DNA of 63,660 nucleotides, counting the filler, from Octopus bimaculoides (taxonomy: Eukaryota), in the NCBI RefSeq assembly GCF_001194135.2. It is 6 parts of 4 records of this genome, joined end to end, with 100 filler letters (N's around TTAATTAATTAA, not from the genome) between each part and the next. Parts side by side here need not be neighbours in the genome. Positions count along the whole stretch, not along the records: positions 1 to 21,272 come from NC_068991.1; 5 more parts are not named here. One strand, 5' to 3'. This document shows, piece after piece, positions 1-10,602 of this stretch. A program made the position numbers and the translations under genes. How positions within the stretch are numbered: the stretch's first letter is position 1; each line of letters starts with the position of its first letter. A model generated the notes under the pieces. It saw only the letters and a program-made list of their open reading frames with translations. It had not been told where the DNA came from and did not search any database.

Positions 1-1356
1 TATATATATATATGTATATATGTATATATATATATATATACATATATATTAGTGTGTATTAGTTTGACGCTCGGGAAAATGAAAAAGTCTTTTCGAGCCT
101 ACGCTCTTCAACAGAAAGGACTAAGAGAAAATAAACAGAGAGAGAATGAAAAAAAAACTGTACATGTATGTTATATATGTAATTATATATTATACATATG
201 TAACTTTTACATATATTTTATATATGTAATATCTATGTATTTTATACATGTCGTCATATATTTTATATATGTAATTTGTACACACGGTGGTGCACCAGCA
301 TGACCGCAGCCACTTGGCTGAAACACATAAATAAATAAATAAAATGCTTATAACATAATGGATAAATAAAGTTTTAAAAATGTGTCAATAAATCTCCCTA
401 AATGTATAATGTGACAGCATTACTTAACGTAATTGCGTTAGGGGCCAAATTATTTGTTATTATACTGGACGAGTAATAAGTTTTTTTTTATTCAAACTGA
501 AATTTTATTGCTTGAAGCAAGATGGGTTTTTGTTTTTATACTGAATCATTTGTAATTTTTTTATATTATGACTGTAGGCTTGTAATTTTAAAATAATATA
601 TTAATGTGGATATCTGAAATTTTTTTAGTGGATTAATCTGTAATATTCGTATTATGTACCAATGAAGATATTTGTCTTGAGTGTAAAATATATTACTATA
701 TTCGTAGTTAAATTTAAATTATAAGTTCTAAGTACGCTATCTTCATTATATTAAATGATTATACATTTATAAATATACAAATAGAATTTATTAATTAATG
801 GTGATAACAACAACAACAACAATAATAATAATAAATGAATAATTTTATATTATGCCATATGGTGATCAAAAACTTTTCTATTGCAAGTACGAATTCCCAT
901 CTATTTTTCTGTAAGTAATTAATTTATAGATATATAAACTTAGATTTACAGAGATGTTTATCCGCCAATAAACTAAGTAATTTAGTATGTTGTACAAAGG
1001 AATAATGTTTATATAAATACAAATAAATAAATTTTAAAAATTATTATTTATAATTATATATTTTTAAATAATTATGCATATTTGTATTTATTTAGCTTAA
1101 TATATTTCATCAAGTGATGTTCTTTCGAGCTTCTATACATATAATAATTTATAGAGCAATATAACTATTGCCTTACTCTAATTTCGTTCCTTCCAAAAAA
1201 ACTTAGTAAAATTTTTTTTTTTTTATTTATAGCTTATTTTCTCTTTCTTTAAGAAATGATATAGTTTATAATTATCGTAGCTCTATATTTTTGTTTACTT
1301 TATTTACGGAGATTTTTCTTCTGGTAAACTAAGTAAACTGGTATCTTTACTTGTTA

Positions 1357-2728
1357 TCAGGTCATCCCATAAGTTCTGTCCAAATTTTGAATAAAGAAAA
1401 CAAGTGATGAAATATTATATTTGATTGAAATTTAATCATCAATGTACTTTCCCTGATTATCTATGACTTCCTTCCATCTATTTACAAGCTTTATAATCCC
1501 ATCAATGTGAAACTCTTTTGGTTTCAAAGCGAAGAACTCTGAAATGCCAGTTTCGACTTCCTCCTGGCTTGCGAAAGTTATGTCCCCCAAATGATTCTGT
1601 AAACTACAAAACAAATGGTAATCTGAAGGAGCAAGGTCAGGAGAATAAGGTGGATGAAGAATTTTTTCACATNNNNNNNNNNNNNNNNNNNNNNNNNNNN
1701 NNNNNNNNNNNNNNNNNNNNNNNNNNNNNNNNNNNNNNNNNNNNNNNNNNNNNNNNNNNNNNNNNNNNNNNNNNNNTCTTTGCCGTATGGGGTCGCGCAT
1801 TGTCCTGATGAAACATCACTCCTTTTCGATTCACTAAAGCGGGTCTTTTTCTCTTCAAAGCTTGGTTCAAACACTCTAATTGCTGACAGTAGACTTGAGC
1901 ATTGATTGTTGCATTAGGTGGTAACAATTCAAAGTGAATTACTCCTTTGCAATCCCACCAGATAGAGAGAAGAACCTTTTTCCCATGAAGTTCCCTTCTC
2001 GGTTGTGGTTGAGCGTTTTCTCTTTTACCAAGCCACTGTTTACGACGTTTAACATTTCGATAGAAGATCCGGTTTTCGTCACCAGTTACAAGTCTATCCA
2101 AAAAGGGTAAAATGAGTTCGCGAGAATGGAGAGAAGAGCAGATGTCAACTCGGGATTTGCGCTTGCTTTCGGACAATTTATGAGGCACCCATTTTCCAGG
2201 GTTTAGGAACCTTACGAAGTTGTTGAAGATGACGATGAACAGTTGTATGGTTTGAACAAAGCTTTATTGCCAATTCTTCAACTGATAGTGCAGGATTTTC
2301 TTCAAGTAATGCCTCAAGGAGCTTATCATCAAACTCAACTGGACATGCTGTTCGATCTTCATCTTCAAGGCTGAAATCTCCACTTCTGAATTTTGCAAAC
2401 CATCTTCTGCAAGCTCTTTCATTCAAGCATTCTTTCCCATTAAACTGAGTGTATGTTTCGAGTCGCTTCAGCTGCAGAGTTTCCTTTTTCTGTTTTTGTA
2501 CTCATAAAGCATTATGTGCCTTAAATGCTCTTTGGATACTTCCATGTTAGAAAGGGTTTTAATCAAAGAAATTTTAATTCTGTTATTCTGTAAAATAATA
2601 TATAATTAGTTTAAATGTACACAAATGCATAAAAATAACTTTTAATTCCATTAGACATTCTAAAATATTATTAAATTTCATTCAATTTTAAAAAGGTAAA
2701 ATCGGACAGAACTTATGAGATGACCTGA
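1357..2728 (-). mobile_element. Mariner (DD34D) transposon, full length, with both TIRs; transposase frameshifted
   Basis: 25-bp TIRs tcaggtcatcccataagttctgtcc (1357-1381) and ggacagaacttatgagatgacctga (2704-2728, 1 mismatch), each flanked by TA. Motifs LVTGDE, FHQDNARPH and HPPYSPDLAPSDYHLF are split over frames from ATG 2545 to stop 1432. An N gap lies at 1673-1776. Confidence 0.96.
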
Positions 2729-2739
2729 TAGTTACAGTT

Positions 2740-3690
2740 GTGGCGAGTGGTAGTGTCTCCAGTATGGAAAGCTATGCCAGGGCCGCTACGGCGAAGAAGC
2801 CAGTGCCGCTGGAAACTAAGTTGATCGAGCTGGATAGGGAGGAGGTGAGCAGAAGCAGGAATTTGATAGAGGTAGAGGGAGACTCATATAAATTGTTCCC
2901 CACTCCTGCCAAAAGAGACCAAGGAAGATAAAATACTGAGGACTGTTGTGCGTCGTACACAGGCTATCGAGACCAGTAAAATTCAAATGGTAATGGAAGA
3001 AGAAATCGAGGAGTGCCTGGGTGAAATTATAGATGAAGCCACGTACATCCGCAGAGGAAGAAAGTTCGATACGGTGGGGGTGAGGTTTGCCACCAGAGAA
3101 GAGGCAACCAACTGGTGGGGATTTGGATTCGAAACGTAGCTTTTTGTCACATTCGAGGACATAGAAAGAATTCCCTACCAGATAGAAGTGGAGGACGAGA
3201 GTACATTAAATGTCGTAGTTGAGGGAAGAAAGCCAAACTGTCACATATGCGGGGAGAGAGGCCATATGAAGACCAAATTCCCCCTATGAGTTTACACAGC
3301 CGGAACGAGAGAAAACGCAAACAGAGGAAGAAAACATTGCAGACCACACTGAGGAATCTAAAGAGAGACAGAGGTATAAAACAGAGGAAACAAAAGAGAA
3401 GAACAATAACGGGTCTTCTAGCCCTAAAAAGCGGAAGAAATATAAGTCAAAGGATCGGTCAACAGAGAACAAAAAAGAGACAGGAAAGCCAGAAACTAAT
3501 AATGTACAAGAAAAGGAGAGAATGGATAAAGATGTTAAATATAAGGGAATAACAAGAGTGAAGATGCCGGAAGCCTGTGCTGAGAAATGCATTTTGATAC
3601 GCGAGGAAAATTACTGGGAGTACATAAAAGAATTTGATGAGAATGTAACAGCGAAACGGGTTTAGTTGGTGGAGACCCCCCCCCCCTAGA
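2740..3690 (+). mobile_element. Tx1/L1-type non-LTR retrotransposon ORF1 relic
   Basis: SYARAA, YIRRGRKFDTVGVRFATREEA (RRM-like) and zinc knuckle NVVVEGRKPNCHICGERGHMK across broken frames; homologous to 37900-39300. Confidence 0.7.
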
Positions 3691-4754
3691 ACTGATTATT
3701 TACAGTTGATAAAGACGGAAGTAACAGTGATTAATGGGAGAAAAATAACGCGAATATTTCAATTTTTGGAGTTGCAAAACTGTTAAAATGTATGCATGGA
3801 GTTTAAGTAAAAGTGAAAAACTGGATAAATGTAACCACCCGACTTCGGGTGTCGAGTGGACATTGCGCCTCATTTTTTCATCCTTGCATATTGTCATTTT
3901 ATTTTAATTTTTCTTCTACTATCATCATTCGCTTTTTGTAATTTTTAGTTCCCCGATTTTATGTTTGTTGCGTTTTGTACTAAAGAGGCTTTTATACATA
4001 GAGAGGAATTTATATAAATTCATTACTGTATATAAGTCGAAACAAATTGTTGGCTTTATTTGTGTTTTTTGAAGATTTGTTATGTTATATTATATTACAT
4101 TATATTATAATGTAAATAAATTTTAGCTTGTCAATTGTTTTTCTCTATTTCATTTAATATTTGTTTATTATAATTATACCCTTTTATCTGTGGTATTCAC
4201 CTATTGTACCAGTGAATTGTAGGTTTACATCCCTTTGAAGGAAATGTTTTTTTCCTTCGTTTGATTTATATATACGCACACTCACACACAAACACACACG
4301 CACGTAGGCTCATTACTACACATTTTCTGCTGGTTTTCTGATCAGATTCATATAATTTCTGTGAATTACATCATTGCAGAAATTTCAACTCAGAATGAAA
4401 TCAAAATATTACACCAATTGGTTGTGAATCTCATTGTTCCTGTTGTCTCCTTAACACTCATTCACCTAGCATGGAAGCGGGCACAACATATACATCTCAG
4501 ATTTCAAAGGAACTCAAATAGACAAGAGTGGATAATCCTTTGCACAGGTGAAAAGTCAGGTGATTGATATTTGCACCACTATTCTTATAGTATAACAGCA
4601 AGACATAATCCTTAACAACCAGTGGCTGGTACCCATTAACCTTTTTCCTTTTACAGCAAGCCTACTTAATCAGTTGAAAGATAATGACGTAGCCCACCAG
4701 GAATGCAGAGGACCGAACTGACAAAGCAGATGAAGGGGACAAGTTGTTAACAAC

Positions 4755-4823
<69 letters not shown>

Positions 4824-4826
4824 AAG
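4755..4826. repeat. (AG)n microsatellite
   Basis: Direct reading. Confidence 0.95.
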
Positions 4827-5793
4827 AGTGGGCGCGAAATGTAGTGTCGATACAGTAATCTGAGAAGTAATTGTATAGCTATATAACTGGGTCTATGAAA
4901 TAGGAAAAACATTTGTGATTCACCATAATCAATGGATAAGTTACAATAGTTAACTCACTCATGTGCTGATGGGTCTTAACTAAGGAAGCAACGTGTTGAT
5001 AGATCTCATCACAAAGGAGAAATAGTTGAGGATGATTACAAGTTCGGTTAGATAGAAAATAGCAGAGATGCTACAATAATCCATAAATCAAATTTTCTAG
5101 AAAATATTTTATGTGGGAAATGAGTCATTTGTCATCATAAGGAAATGCAAAATTAAATTACACGTAAATTTAAACAATGAAAAATTCTTGAAAATATACT
5201 TACTGCCAAATAGGAGATGCCAGGAATAAAACATAACCAACAAATGCATCATGATTGCAGAATATTCCCAAAATTTATGCTCTGTCCAAAAACTATCTCA
5301 AGGTTTGACTCTTTCGTTTCTGACTCCTATTTATATTGTCAGCACAATTATTACATGGGTCAACCACCCTCTCAACACCCGCGTCAATTTAGGGTAGAGC
5401 TTAGCAACAACCGGGGAGAAGTATTAACACACCAAATAATTGCTTTCATTACATAAATTAATAGGTTATTTTACACCCCATCATTTCTAAATTGATCCCT
5501 GACATTTAAGGTGAATAAACGAATATTTGTTTATTTCATTATTCTTTCTAGTAAATTCTTATTGTTAAAACTACATAATCCATTCAATAAAAATTAGAAC
5601 CAATCTTAATAGGTTTTATTCTGGATAGCTAAATACTATAATAGTAATAATTAGCATAGTTTAAAATTACGCAATTCTGCATTTTGAAATGAACTAAATG
5701 GTTATTGTCTATTTATAGGTGATTCAGATTTCAAACATGATTTTAATTTTCGCCTATCAGGTACAGATTTTGCACAAATGGCTGCCAAATATA

Positions 5794-6122
5794 CAGGGTG
5801 TCCCAAAAGTTACAGATGGGTTTCAATTTTTAATAACTTCCTGAAGTTTATAAATAAATGTATGAAACTTTGATACAATATAAAGAACATAATGGAAATT
5901 AATATGGACAAGTCAAATTTTGTAACACTACACCATCACATATGAAAAAATGACATCGCTTAAATGCCAGTCATTTTCGGCTTCGCACGCCCGTGTTCTT
6001 TCCAAAACCACAACGCCCTCAAGAGTTTCAGACTCCACTTCTCTGATTTCTTTATTGATGTTCTCCTTCAGTTGCACCAGGGTCTCCGGTTTGTTGACGT
6101 AAACCCTCTCTTTCTGGTATAG
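5794..6122 (-). mobile_element. Tc1/mariner-superfamily transposon 3' fragment (transposase C-terminus + terminal repeat)
   Basis: YQKERVYVNKPETLVQLKENINKEIREVESETLEGVV...C....WHLSDVIF is a typical Tc1-like C-terminus. It ends in the terminal repeat cagggtgtcccaaaagtt with TA at 5792-5793. Confidence 0.85.
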
Positions 6123-6124
6123 AT

Positions 6125-6517
6125 TACTATAAACCAATGCATTTGTGTTATCATGTTCAATTCCTTGAATAAATGATCCTGTTGCATCGCCAGTCAAATG
6201 TCTGTCATTATCTTCTGTAACAGTTAATGAAGCATCAAAAACAGGAACACCTAAGAACTTCTCTTGTAAGCGTAAAACTTCTGTGCCTTCAGCTGTTTTG
6301 ATACGGTTTGACTCTTCAACTTCTTCATACTCCTTCAAACCAAGAAGATCTCTGACTGTTACTTCAGCTTTATCTAAATGACGCCGCTGAAACGGAGCTG
6401 GGGGATGATAAATCATCCTCCTTGCTCTTTCATGAGCATCAACACGATAAACCGTATCATACATTATTCCAATGTACGTAAAATAACAAAATATTTCAGT
6501 GTAATTAGTTGAAGCAT
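6125..6517 (-). pseudogene. M4-family (thermolysin/pseudolysin-like) metalloprotease N-terminus: signal peptide + FTP propeptide; frameshifted and truncated
   Basis: ORF 5928-6464 N-half reads LLGLKEYEEVEESNRIKTAEGTEVLRLQEKFLGVPVFDASLTVTEDNDRHLTGDATGSFIQGIEHD. This fits the FTP propeptide pattern (G..v.R.Q+.+.GvpV.g..l.v ... G.f+..+..D) as I recall it for LasB and vibriolysin. An ATG at 6517 gives MLQLITLKYFVIL, which joins TYIGIMYDTVYRVDA across a 1-nt frameshift near 6477-6482 (signal-peptide-like). A pyrimidine-rich acceptor (tttttcctattgcag) precedes 6622. No HExxH catalytic domain was seen in the window. Confidence 0.72.
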
Positions 6518-7269
6518 TGACTTATTACTTTATTTTCACAGGAAAAAAAATTATTAGCTTGTAAATTACACTTAATACCAAACATTATGTCGTTTAGCAA
6601 TTCTTTTTCTTGGTTAAATAATCTGCAATAGGAAAAAGATCAACTGTTGATGGAGAGAACGTGATGATTGCTGTGTGTTTTCAATTATAGCTTTGATATT
6701 TCTTATACTTGGGTCCATAATTCAGCTCTTCAACTAAATTATTTATCAGCCTTCTAAAAAATAAAAAGAGAAAGAAAGAGAGAAAATCAGAGAGAGAGAG
6801 AGAAGGGAGGCATCACTCAGTAAAATCCTGGTTTCAATAATGAGCATTTTGTTGTAGAAGGGTTTCCTGCTCATCTTTTCAGACTTCTAAATATCATTGA
6901 AGCATGAACCCATTATCTAAGAATATCCTTCTCTTTTGTATCTCCTAATTTCCATTGATTTTTATATTATCAATTTATTTCAATGAAGAAATACACCAGA
7001 AACAAATCGTTTCACAATTATTTCAAAAGAATAGATAAAAGACAAGTTAACAATTCTAAACACATTACAAATATTTTTTCTAGAGATTGCTTCTATTATA
7101 GCTCTTTTAGATTTGTACATCACTGCAATAATTATGAATGGCAATTGACACAAAAACTGTGATAAGTACTGCATTGTATTCTCAGAGAAATCGCTTAAAT
7201 CTTGGGCTCCTTGTGTCACTGTTCTCAACAAAGTTATATAACACTTAGATAATGAAATCCATTACTTCT

Positions 7270-7700
7270 AGCAATGACATTTTGCCCGTTGATTGCTAAG
7301 GCCATTATTTCCAGCAATGCTGCCGCAGGAACATTAGGTTATTAAAGCCATTGTTTCCTGTAAAGACTTTTAAATTTAGGGCGATAATGCCATTGATCCC
7401 GGTAAAGATACTTAAATTTAGATTACAAAGGGAATAGAACCCACCAATGAAAATTAACATTTAAGTTTCTAATGCAAACGCCAACGGCAAAGATGCTCAA
7501 CGCTTAAGTTTTCAAAAACATTGATCCACAGGAAGAGATTTAGTGTTAAGTTTACTAAAGCCATTGTTCTAAATGCATCCTACGTAATGTTTAGATTACT
7601 AAAGGCATTGTTAGCCAGTAAAGACACTAAGACTTTGCTTTTGCTAAAGCCATTCTTCCCTGAGAAGACACTTAATTCTGGGCTGCTACAGTTATGTATT
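7270..7700. repeat. Degenerate 42-46-bp tandem repeat (two blocks, about 7 units)
   Basis: The core ctaaagccattgtt recurs at about 7296, 7342, 7384, 7426, 7555, 7599 and 7644. Confidence 0.7.
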
Positions 7701-7769
7701 TCAGGAATGATATTTAACATTGTTCCCTGCAAAATCATGTACTCCCACTAATTCATATCTGGATTTACT

Positions 7770-9830
7770 TACACCCTTTTGAAGTGTCCACAAGCGCTCA
7801 GCTTGTCCGTTTGATCTTGAGTGATACGGAGGAGATATGATATTTTCAATTTAGAACATCTTTCAAAAATTCTTAAATTTATTCGCCGTAAATTGTATAC
7901 CGTTATCGATGATTATTTTGTCCGGGACACCATACTTTGCAAAAAGTTCATGTATAAAATTCCATGTTACCGTGTAGGTCGGTTTTCTGCATTTACACAT
8001 TTCTGGCCATTCTGTAGAGCTAGCTACCACTATTAAATAATATGATCCGTATAATGGTCTTGTGAAGTCTATGAGTAGCCTGGTCCAAGGAATATCAGTC
8101 TTGGGCCAAGGATGAAATTTTATAAGTACTGATTTTGCTGTAATAGCATAACCTCTGCAGGATTTTGCCAACTTCTCAATATCTAGTCCATATTCAACCA
8201 TTAAACATAACTCCTCATAAGCGACTTCATCCTAGAAATTCCTGGATATGCAGTGTGGAATTCCTTTAACATTCAATTTTGTAGTGAGACAAACATTACG
8301 ACCCTCTGTGTATGCATAATCACATTGTCGCATATCAAATACAAATTCGAAACTGTGTTTCGTCCAGCCACACGCTTTTTTTTTTATTTGTGTCTTCTGA
8401 TCTCACTATTTTTTCCTGTTCAGGATAAACTCTTCCGTCTCTGATTTAATTTTTATTTCCCACGAGGCAATTCACATACAACGTTGCACAATATATTTTT
8501 TATTACATTTTCGGCTTTTAACGCCGCTACCACTGAGTCTTCTAGTGGTTCATTATATTATGGTATTAACCTCGACAAACCATTTGCATGTTCCAATTTT
8601 TTAGATGACAAATACTCCACCTTGAAGTCATAATTTAGTAGGATGGCTCCCCAGCGCTGCAATCTGTTGGCAGTATGTGTGAGGATATCCTTTTTTGATC
8701 CATTGATCGACAATAATGGGCGGTGGTCTGTCTGCAAGTGGTATCTTCTTCCATGTATAAATTTATGGAATAGTTTTACAGCATATATGATGGCTAATGC
8801 ATCTTTCTCTCTTTCGCTACAACTTTCATCAGCCGGCAATAAGGAACGCGAAGCATGAGCTACAGCTTTCAGGCTACCATCTTCATATTTGTGTAAAATC
8901 ACAGCTCCAATACTACTTCCACTAGCTTGTGATGCCACTACTATTTCTGAATTCAAGTAGAAATGTGACAATGACAATTCCGAAGTTAAAATGTTTTTAA
9001 TTTCTTCAAAATTTTGTGGCACTTGTCCGACCAGTTCCATTTAACATCTTTTTTCAACAAGTTATTCAGGGATGCTCTTAAATCATACATCTTCGCTATG
9101 CGTACCTGGTAGCAATTTGCGAGCCCCCAAAATGCTTGTAATGTTGTAATGTTTGTGAGGGGAGGCAGATTTTTATTGCACTCGCTCTTCACGAATCTGG
9201 TCTGCGTCTATTTTCATCGATAATCTGCCCTAGATGTAATAATCTTGAGATTCCCATTTGATGAGTACGTCGTCAAATTACACTATAGCGAAATGCGAAC
9301 CTGCGGTTAAAGTATCCATAGCTTGTTGGAAAATGCCTGGTGCTACATTTATACCAAACTGAAGTTGATTAACTCTATACTATCTTTTAGCATTTATAGT
9401 TTGAACATTCTTTATCAATTTATACCTGCAGGTATGTTTCAGATAAACCCAATTTTGAAAAAGGTTTTCCACCATTCAACTTCACAAAAATGTCTTTTGG
9501 ACTTAGTAACAGGCAATTATATGGCATCAAACATTTGTTTGACCCTATTGAAAAATCAGCACATATTATTTTTCTCCTGACATAGCTGTTGTAGATGCCC
9601 ATTTAATGTAATTAATTTTTTCATTAACCTCAAGCGTTTCAAGCCTATGCAATTCTTTATTGACTTATTTCAACGCTACGAAAGGTACAATTAGTTTCAG
9701 TTTAAATACCGGTATAGCGTTTTCTTTTACTTGAAACTTCACTTTTGTTTTGGTGCAAAGACCTAATTCATCATTAAAAAAATTTCAGGAAAAATCTTTT
9801 TCAATTTTTAAAAATTCCTCCGACGCCTTA
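7770..9830 (-). mobile_element. Gypsy/Ty3 LTR retrotransposon pol relic (RT-RNaseH-integrase)
   Basis: ELGLCTKTKVKF, DIFVKLNGGKPFSKL, RNaseH AVAHASRSL / LAIIYAVKLFHKFIHGRRYHLQTDHRPL, and integrase PWTRLLIDF, YGVPDKIIIDNGIQF, PYHSRSNGQAER. RT-RH-INT order indicates Gypsy. Many stops and frameshifts; no LTRs found. Confidence 0.93.
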
Positions 9831-9877
9831 TTTATTTACTTATTTATTTATTTATTTATTTATTTTTGATCCTTGTA

Positions 9878-9955
9878 ATGACCCTGTGAAGTCTATATGT
9901 AGCCTGGTCGAAGGAATATCAATCTTGGGCCAAGGCTGAAATTTTATAGGTGCTT
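9878..9955 (-). mobile_element. Second short Gypsy integrase fragment
   Basis: tgtgaagtcta..tagcctggtc.aaggaatatca.tcttgggccaagg.tgaaattttata matches 8061-8136. Confidence 0.75.
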
Positions 9956-10004
9956 ACAAAAATTTTTAAAAAAAGAGAATTATGGAGAGGTATCATAAGT
10001 TCAA

Positions 10005-10177
10005 TAATTCCATCAAGTCTGTTCGGAATACCCCAGTGCGTAACTGGGTACTTAATTTATCGATCCCGAAAGGTTGAAAGGCAAAGTCGACCTCGGCTGA
10101 ATTTGAACGTAAAGACAGACGAAATACCGCTAATCAGTTCGCCCGGCGTGCTAACGTTTCTGCCAGCTCGCCGCCTT
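10005..10177 (-). mobile_element. Family A tRNA-derived SINE
   Basis: Reverse complement of aaggcggcgagctggcagaaacgttagc...cctttcgggatcgataaattaagtaccag. Confidence 0.88.
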
Positions 10178-10560
10178 TTTAAGTAAGTTTATTGTATTTT
10201 ATTTTATATTATATTATTTTTTACATACAATGTATATGAAATAACATCTTAAACTTCTTTAGCTGTGAATTTCAATTCCAATAAGTAAGATGTAACCTTC
10301 GTTATTATTAAAACAAAAACCCTGAAGAGATTCTACCCTTTACAGCTTAAATTCTTAACACTGGATTTAACCCAAATGCTTTAAATTATACATTACTAAG
10401 GGGCCAGAATCGAAACATATGTAGGTTTTTTTGAGTCTTCTATTGTGTTTTTTTTTTTAATTTATTTGTATTTATATCTTAAAAACAAATTATGATGCAA
10501 ATAAATTAGCTATACATCTTTAACTCTCCATTTCCTTACATTATTAATTTTCCCTCTGTG

Positions 10561-10602
<42 letters not shown>

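Noticed and set aside
4345-4620. Minus-strand frame LVYLSSFEI*DVYVVPASMLGE*VL, faintly like a PepSY motif continuing the M4 gene
   Set aside because: Two stops, chance-level similarity and no compatible splice path.
7270-7700. CRISPR-like repeat spacing
   Set aside because: Units are degenerate along their whole length with no unique spacers, the context is eukaryotic, and there are no cas genes.
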